From Octopus bimaculoides (taxonomy: Eukaryota): a stretch of DNA of 64,000 bases. Within the stretch, counting starts at the first letter, position 1. The number at the start of each line of letters is the position of its first letter. A model generated the notes under the pieces. The model was not told the DNA's origin. It worked only from the letters and a program-made list of their open reading frames with translations, and did no database searches. The DNA lies in assembly GCF_001194135.2 (NCBI RefSeq), contig NC_069005.1, positions 27,336,070 to 27,400,069 of the forward strand, in the 5' to 3' direction. Below, in pieces: positions 26,401 through 41,191 of this stretch. The position numbers were made by a program, and so were the translations under genes.

Positions 26401-27749
26401 GATGAAATACCGCTAAGCATTTCACCCAGCATGCTAACGATTCTACCAGCTCACCACCACCTTACATAATAATAATAATAATAATAATAATGGTTTCAGA
26501 TTTTGCCACAAGGGCAGTAATTTTGAGGGAGGGGATGAGTTGATTATGTCAACCCCAGTGCTCAACTGGTACTTATTTTATTGATCCCGAAAGGATGAAA
26601 GCAAAGTTGACCTCAACGGAATTTGAACTCAGAACTAAGTAACGGCTGAAATACCACTAAGCATTTCATCCAGCGTGCTAACGATTCTGCCAGCTCGTTG
26701 CCTTAATTATAATAATAATTATAATAATAATTATAATACTGGTTTCAAATTTTAGCACTAGGCCAGTAATTTCAGTGTGAGGTTAAGTTGATTACATTGA
26801 CCTGAGGAAGAGGTGGACGAAGAAGAAAGCCTTTATATGTATGTTCACGTATACCTATTGAATACGCATATATTAGTTTACTTGGCAAGTTCTGAGCATC
26901 TTTTAATATGCAAAAAGGGATATAGATAATTGACCTTGCAATAAATCTTATTCAATGAAATAATTCCCATTATTATTGACTTTTGTCTATTAGGCAATTT
27001 GAATATTCCATCAGCATAAAATTTGAATGGTTTTGAAGAAAAAAAAGTTATGTTGATGCATTCTGACTCCATCGTTAAATATTTTTCCTGGCAGTGAGTT
27101 CTTTAGAGACAAAAACAAGTGATAGATGCCTTGATGAGTTTTAGATGGTATATCATGGGATCAATTTGTTTGACTAAAACTCAGCAAGGCTGCAGTCCAA
27201 TGATTGAAACAAGTAAATGATGAACAATAACTGAAAGTAAAATCTCGAATTAAGAATTCAGACCAAACTTCATACAAACCTGACTGACAGTTGTCTCCTT
27301 GGAAACCAGCAGCACATCCGACACTGGAGCACACTCCAGATTTAGTGTCACATCGGTTATTGTCGGCACAATGGCACAAATGTTTACAGTTAGGACCAAA
27401 GTATCCTCTTTTACATTCTGAAATACAAATATTCACCGTCAAAACTGATATCAATGGTTGTTATTTAATGACTAAGATAGACTGCAGAGATATGTGATAT
27501 CATATACTTGCACGTTGAGAGTGTTCTGTAATAGCTGAGGTGGAGTGAGATATATACAATATACAATACATGAAGCTGTATGGTGTATATCATATATGTG
27601 AAACTGCATGGTATATAGTTACTTGTGAAGAAATGTAGAATATGTGAGAAGATGAGTTTGTAGCTGACTTACTGTTCTGACTATATTCCCATCAACTGGT
27701 TCATATTTTGAATTGCTTTTAACTGAGAAAGAGCTTATATAATGGATGC

Positions 27750-27795
<46 letters not shown>

Positions 27796-30700
27796 AATTA
27801 TATTATTTTATAGATATTGTTATTAATTATAGGCACAGGAGTGGCTGTGTGGTAAGTAGCTTGCTTACCAACCACATGGTTCCGGGTTCAGTCCGACTGC
27901 GTGGCACCTTGGGCAAGTGTTTTCTAACAATTCTGCCAGTGTGTCATAGAAACCAGAAATATTCAGAACACCTCATGTAACAAGGGACTTACCAGTTTGA
28001 CAATCCGTCCCAGTGTAACCTGCTTCACAGATATTGTTATGGCAAGAACCATCAATTCCATTACACAGAGTGTTATTACTGCAGTGACACTTCCCTTCGC
28101 AGTTCATACCAAACGTACCAGCTGGACACACTGTAATATAGAAAGAAGTGAGGATGATAATGATAATGATAATAATAATCCTTTCTACTAAAGGTACAAG
28201 GCCTGAAATTTTGGAGGAGGGGACTAGATTACATTGACCCCCAGTGTTTCACTGGTACTTAATTTATCAACCCTGAAAGGGAATTTGAACTCAGAACATA
28301 GTGGCAGATGAAATACCGCTAAGCATTTCACCTGGCATGCTAATGGTTCTGCCAGCTCAGTACCTTAATAATACAAATTATAATAATAATAATAATAATA
28401 ATAATGATGATAATAATAACAACAATGATAATGATGATGATGATGCAGCACCTCAATGCCATGATGCAGTACCAGGTAGTGGCTCTCATGGCTTCTGATC
28501 TTAATTGATTGGAAGTGTTATCATGTACATTGTTTTGTCTTGGCATAAAAGATGGTCTACAGCAGATATTCTGCTCAACACCACAGATTTGCTTGTCAGT
28601 TGCTTGACCTTAACCAATTGAGCACATCCCTTAGTGTGCTGACAATATGTGCATCTCTGATCATGAGCAGAAGTAGTGGGGGAGCATCATAGTCATGTGT
28701 TGAGAGGAATTCTTTGGGGTTTGGATAATTCACCTTTAGAAACATGGGTGTTTCATTCAATGCTGCTAATCGCTTTGCCTGGCATGCCAATGATCCTGTC
28801 AGCTTGCTGGCTTAAAAAAGGTGGGGCATAATAATGATAATGATAACAATGGTGCAAGGCCAGCAATTTCGGGGAGAGAATAAGTTGGTTACATTGACCT
28901 GAGTGCTCGACTGCTCCTTATTTTAGCCCCTGAAAAGAGGAAAGGCAAAGTTGACCTTGGCAGCATTTGAACTCAGAACATGAGGACGTGAAATGCCGCT
29001 AAGCAATTTTTCCAGCATGCTAATGATTCTGCCAGCTCACCGCCTTGCTGTTATACTCATAATATCCTTTCTATCATAGGCATGAATGAGGCCTGGATTT
29101 TTACGGGGGGGTGGACAACCGATTACATTGACCCCAGTACATGGCGATGATGATGATGATGAAAGGGATGACAATGATGACGAACAATATGATGATGATG
29201 ACAATAACCATGGTGATGATAATGAATGCAATAACGGCAATGACAATGATGAAGATGACAATTATGATGTTGATGACGATAATCATGATGATGATTGCAC
29301 ATGAGTGTGATGATGAAGATGACAAAAATATGATGAGGATGGTGATAATATTTTAGATATTTATCATCTTAATGATTATAAACATTACTTTTAACGATGA
29401 TAATAGCAAACAATAATGATTGTGATGAGGGTGGTGAGGCCGATAACATTGATGATACAAATAGAAATACTGATGCTGATGATGGTGAAGATGGTGATGG
29501 TGGTGGTCATGGTGATGGATAGTGATGATGGTAGTGGTGGAGGTGGCAATGAAACAATTGCTTTTTATATTTTGCTAACTACAGACCTGTTTGACAGTTG
29601 TCTCCTTTGAAACCGGCAGCACACCCAACACTGGAACATACTCCTGATGCTGTGTCACAGTGCTTGCTGTCTGCACAATGGCACTGAGATTTACAGTTGG
29701 TGCCAAAGTATCCTTTCTGGCATTCTGAAATTCAGAAAAGGTAATATATTAATAACATGTATATGGACAATACGAGGTCTACACCTTACATAGTAATTTG
29801 GCCATCATCATCATCATCATCGTTTAACATCCACTTATCATGCAGGCATGGGTTGGACGGTTTGACTGAGGACTGGCAAGCCAGGAGGCAGCACCAGGCT
29901 ATAATCTGATCTGGCAAGGTTTCTACAGCTGGATGTCCTTCCTAATGCCAACCACTCCGACATTGACCACGTTTGGATGGTGCTTTTTGTGCCACCAACA
30001 CGGGAACCAGTCAGGGGGCACCAACATCGTTATTCTAGGGAAAGGCAAAGGCTGATACAGCTTAGCACCAGTGATGTTGCAACTCATTTCTAAAGCTGAG
30101 TGAAATGGAACAGCGTGAGATAGTGTCTTGCTCAAGAACACAACACACAGCCTGGTCCAGGAATTGAACTCACTACCTCAACACAAACAAACATCTGAGA
30201 TCTGTGCCACCCTATATCACATACACCTCCCCTACCCTCCACAAACCCCCATGTTTATATAAAACCTACACACCTCAATATTGCCTACTTAATTACATCA
30301 CATGCTGAAGGAATGCAAATAAAAATGTCATCTTAATGCGCCCACTTCAACTTACCTGTCTGACAATCAAGGCCCATATATCCAGGTAAACAGATACCAT
30401 CATGGCACATACCATTAGTGGTGTTACACTGGCTTTTGTTGAGACAATGGCAGTTGTATTGACAATTTTCACCAAAGGTTCCAGGAGAACACACTGAAAT
30501 AAAACAGGAATATTTATAAAATAATCAGGCATGGCTGTGTGGTAAGAAGCTTGTTTTCCAACCACATGATTCTGGGTTCAGTCCCACTGTGTGGCACTTT
30601 GGGCAAGTGTCTTCTACAATAGCCTTGGATTTGGTAGATGGAAACTGCAAGAAGCCCATTGTGTGTGTATGTGAGTGTGTGTGTGTGTGTGCATGTATGT

Positions 30701-33700
30701 GTGCGTCTGTGACTTAGTGGTGTACCTGTAACTTAGAAGACGGAAAATAATGTTTTTATTTTCTTTTTGTTTGCTTCCATTTTATTTATATTTGAAAAGC
30801 TTTCTCCTTTGTTTCTGTTTTTTTTTTTTTTTAATTGCAAAGAGTTTGATATCATTAAAATTAATTTTACGTAAAACTTCTGCTTCCAATACTTAGAAGA
30901 GACTAGACATTACAAATATTATTTTAGCAGGCTTAAAGTGATTTCTTTCATGCTGCAAACCCATTTTCTTTTCTGTTGTGCCCCTGTCTCTTGATACCCT
31001 AAACACGTGCTTATTTTGCTTACTGGTTAATCCAGGGCTGCATGGCAAGATATGGGAACACATGGGATTATGAAACAGGGAGAGAACATTGCAAGGATTT
31101 AAGAATTATGAGTTTTGAAAGTTGTTTGAGGAATTACAGAATTACATATTCCGAAAGTTATTTTAAATCAAATTACAGCATGATAGTATTACGATTTAGA
31201 TGAATGTCTTTATAATATCACTTACATTAAATTTTAAATATTTGTCCCGTAAGTCAGGACAGGAGCGGTGAATGTATTAGCAACAAAATCAGAAATACAG
31301 ACCTGACTGGCAGCTGTCCCCTTTGAAACCAGCAGCACATCCTACGCTAGAACATACTCCAGATTTAAAGTTACAATGGTCATTGTCAGCACAGTGGCAT
31401 AAATATTTGCAGTTCAAACCAAAATATCCCTTTTTACATTCTGAAATAGAAAATTATAATAACTTCAAATATTAATGAAAGATGATGAAGATACGGTTGC
31501 ATAACGAAATCCCATGTACCTACAAATCGTTGTAGTGGTGTTGGCATAGGAATGTGCAGATAAAGAATTTGGAGACAGTCAGAGTGTGACAGGGTAGTTA
31601 GGCTGAGGGCTTGACTGCAATATAGCAAAAGTGTCATTTATCTCTGCTTCTGTTCCACAAACCTAGGCATAGGAGTGGCTGTGTGGTAAGTAGCTTGCTT
31701 ACAAACCACATGGTTCCGGGTTCAGTCCGACTGCGTGGCACCTTGGGCAAGTGTCTTCTACTATAGCCTCGGGCCGACCAAAGCCTTGTGAGTGGATTTG
31801 GTAGACGGAAACTGAAAGAAGCCCGTCGTATATATGTATGTATATATATANNNNNNNNNNNNNNNNNNNNNNNNNNNNNNNNNNNNNNNNNNNNNNNNNN
31901 NNNNNNNNNNNNNNNNNNNNNNNNNNNNNNNNNNNNNNNNNNNNNNCGGGAAAGGAAAGAAAGAGAATTTGACATTTCGAGTGAAGCTCTTCGTCGGAAA
32001 CATAGGAAAGTCCAAAGAAGGGAAGACAGAGGAAGAAAAAAATCGCCAACGATATTCACGAGTGTGTGTATATGTTTGTCCCCGCAACATTGCTTGACAA
32101 CCGATGCTGGTGTGTTTAGGTCCCCGTAAGTCCCCGTAACTTAGCGGTTCGGCAAAAGAGACCAATAGAATAAGTACTAGGCTTCCAAAGAATAAGTCCA
32201 GGGGCTGATTTGCTCGACTAAAGGCGGTGCTCCAGCATGGCCGCAGTCAAATAACTGAAACAAGTATAAGAGTAAAAGAGTAAAGAGTAAACCTAGCTGG
32301 CAGATGAACAAGGGAACTGATTTTACAAGTCCCTTTTGCAGACTACCTTGTTGATGAATGACAATGATGTTATTATCATCTGGACAGCACTAGGCTTACA
32401 ATTAATAAGTCCTGGGTCAATTTCTTTAACTAAAAAACCTTTTAATGTAGTGCTCCAGCATGGTCACAGTCTAATGACTGAAACAACTAAAAGAATGAAA
32501 GAATAAAAGAATAAAAGAATAAAAGAATCATTTGGAATTTATCAAGAACGCTTGAGATACAATTGATCTAAAGATCTTATTTATTATTCTCCATCTGCCC
32601 ATTTACATGAAATCAACCCCAGGACTTATTCTTTTTAAACCTAGCACTTATTCTGTCAGTCTCTTTTGCCAAACCGCTAAGTTATGGGAATGTAAACACA
32701 CCAGCATCGGTTGTCAAGCAATGGTGGAGGAACGAACAGACAGACAGCCCCTTGACTGGCTCCTGTGCCGGTGGCACATAAAAAGCACCATCCAAACGTG
32801 ATCGTTGCCAGGCCTGCCTTACTGGCTTCTGTGCTGGTGGCACATAAAAGCACCCGCTATACTCTTGCAGGCTTTGGTCAGCCGAGGCTTTAGTAGAGGA
32901 CACTACACTTGCCCAAAGTGCCATGCAGTGGGACTGAACTTGGAACCATGTGGTTGGTAAGCAAGCTACTTACCAAACAGCCACACCCACGCCTATATTT
33001 GAGTGTACACATGCACGACGCCTAAAGTTTAGTATACTATTTTTGTTCGTGGATAATTTTGCTTTATGGAAGTTTAACCAGACGAAGAAAGGTAAAAGAA
33101 AGGAAACATTGTATTTAATTGACCCTGAAAGGATGAAAGGCAAAGTTGACCTCGGCGGAATTTGAACTCAGAACGTAGCGGCAGACAAAATACCGCTAAG
33201 CATTTCGCCTGGCATGCTAACGTTTCTCCCAGCTCGCCGCCTTTTCAATTCTTCTTTCAGTTTCCGTCTACCAAATTCACTCACAAGGTCTCGGGTGACC
33301 TGAGGTTGTAGTAGAAGACACTTGCTCAAAGTGCCAAACAGTGGGACTGAACCTGGAACCATGTGGTTGGGAAGTGAGCTTCTTACCACACAGCCACTCC
33401 TGCGTCATACCTTCTTATCACACAGCCACGCCTGTATATATTCTAAATATAAACTTATATTGTTAAGGGTTTGCACAACCGTATAATAAAATAAACACGA
33501 CTGCATAATAATATACCAAAAGCAATTGTTTTTTTTCGTTTCCTTGACTAATCATTCAACTATGAAATAGGAGCAGTGTTTGGTCTGTTTTCAAATAAGT
33601 TCACCTAGAGGGTGGTGGGGAGATAGGGGGAGAGAGAGAGGGAGAGGGAGAGTACAAAGCTTGCTTCCCAATCATGGGGTCTCGGGTACAGTCCCATTGC

Positions 33701-35565
33701 ACAGCACCTTTCGACAAGAATCTTTTACTTAGGCCTTGGGCCAACAAAAACCTTCTAAACAGTAGACAGAAACTGATTTGGGTGGCTTCCTTGAAAAAAC
33801 TGTTCTGTTCTATATTGTATGGCTATATAAATGTGTATCAACATCATCGTCATTTAACATCCGTTGGATGCTTTGACTAAAAGCTGGTAAGTTGGGGAGC
33901 TGCACCAGGTTCCAGTCTGATTTGGCACGATTTCTACAGCTGGAAGCCCTTCCTAACGCCAGCCACTTAACAGAGCGTGTTGGGTGCATTTTATGTGCCA
34001 CTGATATGAGTGCCATTGATGTGACACCGGCGCTGGCCATGACTATGGTCTCACTTGGCTTGACAGGTCTTCTTCAATTTTTATTGCCAAATAAATAATG
34101 TAGACGGAGGAAGTCTAACGCAGAAGAAGCTAGAAAGTTCTGGAGTGATATTAATCAGAATGGGAATGCAGCACGACTAAAGAAAGTGAGGAAAGAAGTA
34201 GTTAGTGGGAAGTAGCTTGATCTAAAACTAATTAGTGCATTAATGAGTAAAATGTTAAGAAGAATACTGAATTGGAATGGCCCAGGACCAGATTTTTTTC
34301 AATTTCAATTTAGTAGCTTACAGGAGGGTCTGAGGGAACAACTTCAGGATTGCTTGAATGGATGATTGCCATCTTGGATGACTACAGAGAGAACAGTACT
34401 CCTTATGAAAGGCAAAAGAAAGGGCATTGTAGCTAGTAACATACCTGTTTGATAGTCATTTTGTATAAAGCCATTAAAGCATAGGTGTACTGGCACATAT
34501 TAAACTAATAAACAAATTCAAATAACATACCCTTTTGACAGTCAATTCCTGTATAGCCAGTTTCACAGCTGCTCTTACCACAAAACCCATTGGTTTTATT
34601 ACAGTGTTCATTCTGCACACAATGACAAACTTTCTGACAGTTTGACCCAAAACTGTTGGCTGGACAAGCTGGAAAGATGACATGGAAAATAGCAAGTTAT
34701 AAATTTGAAAACAAGAAAAAAATGATTTCATAATTATATAGCAAACCCTTTTTGATAAATTACTCAGGTTCAGCATTAAATATAAAAGAAGGTAAATCCA
34801 TTTATAACAGGGTTCATATTTTCCTGAATTGAACTGTTATATTCATTGACCCAGTGCAGGTGCATGGCTCAGTGGTTAGAGCATAGGGCTTACAATCATG
34901 ACGTGAGCTCGATTCCCAGACTGGGTTGTGTGTTGGGTTCTTGACAAGACACTTTATTTTTACAATGCTCCAGTTCACTCAGCTGTAGAAATGAGTTGTG
35001 ATATCACTGGTGTCGAGTTATATCGGCCTTTGTCTTTCCCTTGGACAACATCGGTGGCATGGAAGAGGGGATGCTGATATGCATGGGCGACTGCTGGTCT
35101 TCCACAAACAACCTTGCCCAAACTTGTGCCTCGGAGGGGAATTTTCTTGGTGCAATCCCTCAGTCATTTGTGAATGAAGGGGAGTCTTTTACATCATAGG
35201 GGATACCCTCAGTAATAACAGGTATACTGTGAAAAAGTCAACATTTACAAACAGGACAATTTGTAAACAAACCAACACTTTTGCATAAGGGGCAAACTGG
35301 GAACAAATCAATACATACAGGTTTTGCCTATCAACTATTAAAATGTTGCAAGTTTGTAAAATAGAACTACTCACAAGTTTGGCAAGTGTGTCCAGTATAA
35401 CCTGGAAGGCACTGGTTATTTGGACAGTGACCAGTTTTGGGATCACATTTCTGACTGTCCTTACATTTGCATGGATTTGCACAGCGTAGACCAAAGTAGC
35501 CAGACTTACAGACTGAAAAATAAACAAAAATATCATATTCAACATTATTTTTATAAGATACATAC

Positions 35566-35634
<69 letters not shown>

Positions 35635-38600
35635 AAAATAAGAGGAATGACCAGCAAAAATGGACTCCTATATGCACCGGTTTTAATTGATTAATATCAA
35701 TTTCTACCCTCATTAATAAATTTTTTATATATCATCATCATTATCATCATCATCGTTTAACGTCCGCTTTCCATGCTAGCATGGGTTGGACGATTTGACT
35801 GAGGACTGGTGAAACCGGATGGCAACACCAGGCTCCAATCTAATTTAGCAGAGTTTCTACAGCTGGATGCCCTTCCTAACGCCAACCACTCATATATATA
35901 TACATATATATATATAAATAATAATAAAGGAGTTAATATAACCAAAAGGATCGATTCTTGAGGAGTCTGCATACCTTCACAGTGGTTTTTTTCTGCTATT
36001 TTGGTGATGATTTTTTGAGTTAACGTACCAGTTATTTTTGTTGGTAGTTAATTTATAATATATTGATATATATATATATATATATATAGTATGTTTATGG
36101 CGTACCAAACCACAAATAAATTAGTTGAACTGAATGTTTGTGGGGTGGTGGTGGAGGGAGGGATATATTTTCTCAGCTTTGGTAATGTCGTTACCTGTTA
36201 TACTCTGTGATTCTCTGATCAAGAAAGGCTGTGGCCACCACATGATTTAACTTTTATACATAAAAGGGGCTTGTGCTAGTTACATATAAAAGGAACCCAG
36301 TACACTCTGTGGAGTGGTTGGCATTAGGAAGGGCATCCAGCTGTAGAAGCCAAGCCAAGCCAAACCAGACTGGAGCAGCTCTCTGGCTTACCAGTTCCCG
36401 TCACACTGTCTAATCCATGCTAGCATGGAAAAACAGATGTGCTAAATGATGATGGTGATGATGATGATATATTACAGAAGACCTGCACATCTAAGTGAAA
36501 AAAAACGAGGCTCTAAAGATATGTTGTTCACGTCTATGCTCCTGCACACAATCTTTCTCTGATGGTTTTCTTTCCCTACAACCCATCTTCCAAACACCCC
36601 AACTCCCCACCTGCGTTCACCTCTCACTGCTTTCTCCTCCCTTCCATGTGCCACTCCCCCTTCACACTCACCAAAGCTTAAGTGCTCACTCACCCTACCC
36701 AATCCTCTGTACACTTCACATAATCATCTCTCTGCAACTTGAGGGTTCACCCTAACACATTCTTCGCCATCTCTTTCTCTCATTCTCCATCTGGAGTAGC
36801 CATGAATCTCCTCAAATGCAAGACCCCTGTTTCTGTCCCCTCTGTCATACTCTAACCTTTCATCACCTGGCATACAGTCACCTCCCTCAGTATTACTTGC
36901 TCTCTCTCTCTCTCTCAGTTGAGGAGGTTGTGTGCTGCAAATTACTTGATCTCACTGGTGCTGGTGCCATGTAAAAAGTTCCCAGCATGCTCTGTAAAGT
37001 GGTTGGCATTAGGAAGGGCATTCAACCATAGAAATCATCCCACAGCAGACATTAGCACTTGGAATTTTCTGGCTTGTCAGCTCCTGTCAAACCGTCCAAC
37101 ACATGCCAGCATCAGAAAGGGTAAATACAAAATATTTAGAGTGTCATGGTGCAAAAACTAACTTGCTGATTCTTAATAAAAGCTATTTTTAACCCATTAG
37201 TGTTTAAAATGGCCGTATCCAGCTCAAATATTCAAGTTATTTTATGTTCAAAACTAGCAAGATTCAGCCTCTTACACCTGCCCTGCAATGTCATTAAATT
37301 AAAATTAAAATGCATCATCAAAATCTCAAAGCTAGAAGATAATGCGTGATTAATTCGAAACAAGGTGAATAAATAAGCATTACATTTGACAGAGTAATCT
37401 GAATGTTAAAGGGTTTAACTGGCCATATCTGGCCTCTCACACCTACCCTACAATGTCATTCTAAAAATAAACAATCACATAAATAGTGTGAGGCTGCTTA
37501 GGCTTCTTTCAGTTTCCATCTATCATATCCATTCACAAGGCTTTGGTCAGTCCAGGGTTATAGTTGCTGCACAGTGGGAATGAACCCAAGACCACATGGT
37601 CGGGAAGTGAACTTCTGACCACACAGCCACACCTGTATCTATATTAGGATTTGATTAGGACTTAAGTTACACACTGTGCTTTCAAAAAAAAGTATCTGAC
37701 CTTTGGGCATAAAAAAACCCCCAATTTTCTACATTTCACAAATTTTCTACTAATCCCCTTCAAAACACTCCTCTTGAGAGTTCACACACTTCTCCCAGTG
37801 TTTCTGCCATGGCTGGTAACACCCTTGGAACACCTTCCTTCGAATGCTATGCAACTCTGCTGTTGCTTTTCTCATAATTCCCCCCGTTGAGGTCTAAATC
37901 ACTTCCCTTTCAGTGTGGTTTCCAGTTTAGGGAAGAGCCAGAATTTACACAGTGCCAAACTGGGAGAGTAGCGAGCCTGTCAAACAAGTGAGGTGTTGTT
38001 CTTAACCAGAAAAGCTTGGATTATGAAATCTGTTTAAAAAGCATGCAAACCTTTGTTCACTCTCTGCATGCACAACTCCCCTGTTAATATGGAATGAACT
38101 GATCCTGTGCTTATTCCAACTTTGTGAGCAATTTCCTAGATTATTACAAATGGTTTTCTATGAAGGTTCACTGAACCTTCTCAATCAGTTCCTTGTTTTG
38201 GCTTGTGGATGGCCTGACTGAATGAGCCTGGTTCTCCATGGGGTGCAACCATGTTTGAAGCAGTTATACCACTTCTTGATCTAAGTTTTGCTCACAGAAT
38301 CATCGCCAAAGGCCAGCTAAATCTTCTGGACTTGAGCATCACCAAGCTTTAGACAAAACTTAATGTGACATTTCTGCTTGATGCGTTCAGTCATCTTGCG
38401 TGAAGACAAAAGTTTGACAAGCAGACACAACATATCTGTACTCAAGGTGTAACAGCTGGGAACTGACACAACCCACCAGACAGGTACACTTGCACTAATT
38501 CTTCTGTAACAAACATGTCAAAAACAAGAAAAACAACATCTGTCCTTACAATAGAAAGTTCACATCACTCTCTAATTACAGCAATGTCGAAGCAAATAGC

Positions 38601-41127
38601 ACAATGGCCAGGCTAAAGCTAGGCAAGTAAATCATGCAAATTTGCTCATCTTTCTCCCTCCTCTCTTTTTTTCCCAACTGGGGTAGTCATGTATCTCCTC
38701 TACAGCAAGACATCTGTTTCTGTCCCTCTCTGAGGAAGCATTGAAAAGTTCCCGGCCCTAAAGGTATCGCGAAAGGCCTGGTTGAAGCCCCAACCTTCCG
38801 AGTTCTTTTTTCAGGGCTGAGAAAAAACTGAAGGACCACAGCTTGATGATAATAATGATGATGATGATGATTAACAATAAACTTATAAAATCTATCAGTT
38901 TACTGCAGCAGAACACACTGGTATTGAAACCAGCTGCAACTTCACCTTAAAAAGAAACAATTACAACATTGAAATCTCAAAGTTATCAGACAATGCATGA
39001 TTAATTCAAAACAATGTGAATCAATAAGTATTACATTTGACAAAGGGATCTGAATGTGAAAGGGCTGAGGTATAAGAGAAGAGGTTGGGGTAGAGCAGGT
39101 TTTTGTTGTAGAGGAGAGACATGGCTGTTCATATTTAGGGGAGAGAGTGAGAATGAAGTGATGGCGTCCCCAAGTAGGTTTTAGTTTAAAAAAAAATAGA
39201 TGATTCACTCACCGTTTTGACAGTTTCTTCCTTCATAACCTGGAGCACATCTTCCATCAGAACAAAAGCCCGTGTGAGAATCACACTTGATGTTGTCAGC
39301 ACAGTGACACGTACCTTTACAGTTGGTGCCAAACGTACCATTCTTGCAGACTTCAAAGAAAAAGGTTTCTTGTTAATAAAAAAAAACACATTCATTTAAA
39401 AGGTTGTTATATCATTAAACAACTGTTCATTCTGTTTATATTTTATAGTCTTCGAAGTCAGTGAGCTTGCAGAATCGTTAGCATGATGGGCAAAATGCTT
39501 TGCAGCATTTCATCTGCCTTTACATTCTGAGTTCAAATCTGCCGAGGTCCACTTTGCCTTTCATCCTTTCAAAGCATTTAGTAACAGACTGTCGTCAGTG
39601 CCACAACTTAAAAACCAAAAAAAAGAAAACACCAAGTTTCGCAACTTTCAGAATGTGACATCTCAGCAAGAGATGAAGCTAGGAAGCTGGTTTTTGGCCT
39701 TAAAATGACCGTGAAGACCTCCTCTAATTATTCCACCTTTGCACAATTATTTACTTCTGTATGCATCTGAAAGATGAAACAATGACTGTGTCTTTCTCAT
39801 TTTGTAGAATGTCCAACCTATGCTAGCATGGAAAGCAGACGTTAAATGAACACCAGTACTACAAAATGGTGTATCGCATTGCATATACCTAAAAAAAAAT
39901 ATAGAGACCCCCACCCCCAAGGTATTATTTGTGTTTTAATATACCAAGGTAAGTATCTTTTAGGGGTAAGTTAGACAAGATAGTAAGATAATAGTTCATT
40001 ATCATTACGATAGTAACGAGAATTATTAGAAAATGAGCCATAACACCTTGAAAAACAATACAGGGACCACACCAAAATTATTGATTGGGCGTGTGTGTTT
40101 ACGATGGTGTCTTACTAAACTCTCTGGTCTGAGTTTGGGTGAGCGAACGTTGTGTCGATAGTGTTGAGGTACAATTTTTTTCAGCTGGATTTTCGACCTT
40201 ATTGCAAGCCTCACCGGTTATTCCTCCCAACTTTTTCAGATTCTAGACATTGAAACAAAGAAAATAATGTATACTAACCTCGAAAATGGCCAGGGTGGTG
40301 CTTATGACACTGTTGCTAAATGCCTCATGTGATGCATGAACATGAAGGAAATATGTCATTTGTGTCACATGTGATACACAAGACAGGCAAAGGGTTAACC
40401 AAGGAAAATGAACAGCAACACATCTCTGTTATTCTTTTATTCTCTTACTTGTTTCAGTCATTTGACTGTGGCCATGCTGGAGCACCGCCTTTAGTCAAGC
40501 AAATTGACCCCCAGGACTTATTCTTTGTAAGCCTAGTACTTATTCTATCAGTCTCTTTTAGCATCGGTTGTCAAGCAATGGCAGAAGTACAAACACAGAC
40601 ACACACACACATAAATACATATACATATATANNNNNNNNNNNNNNNNNNNNNNNNNNNNNNNNNNNNNNNNNNNNNNNNNNNNNNNNNNNNNNNNNNNNN
40701 NNNNNNNNNNNNNNNNNNNNNNNNNNNNNNNNNNNNNNNNNNNNNNNNNNNNNNNNNNNNNNNNNNNNNNNNNNNNNNNNNNNNNNNNNNNNNNNNNNNN
40801 NNNNNNNNNNNNNNNNNNNNNNNNNNNNNNNNNNNNNNNNNNNNNNNNNNNNNNNNNNNNNNNNNNNNNNNNNNNNNNNNNNNNNNNNNNNNNNNNNNNN
40901 NNNNNNNNNNNNNNNNNNNNNNNNNNNNNNNNNNNNNNNNNNNNNNNNNNNNNNNNNNNNNNNNNNNNNNNNNNNNNNNNNNNNNNNNNNNNNNNNNNNN
41001 NNNNNNNNNNNNNNNNNNNNNNNNNNNNNNNNNNNNNNNNNNNNNNNNNNNNNNNNNNNNNNNNNNNNNNNNNNNNNNNNNNNNNNNNNNNNNNNNNNNN
41101 NNNNNNNNNNNNNNNNNNNNNNNNNNN

Positions 41128-41191
<64 letters not shown>

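Noticed and set aside
29037-29610. Asp/Met/Ile/Ser-rich ORFs
   Set aside because: Translations of degenerate (GAT)n; no splice or homology support.
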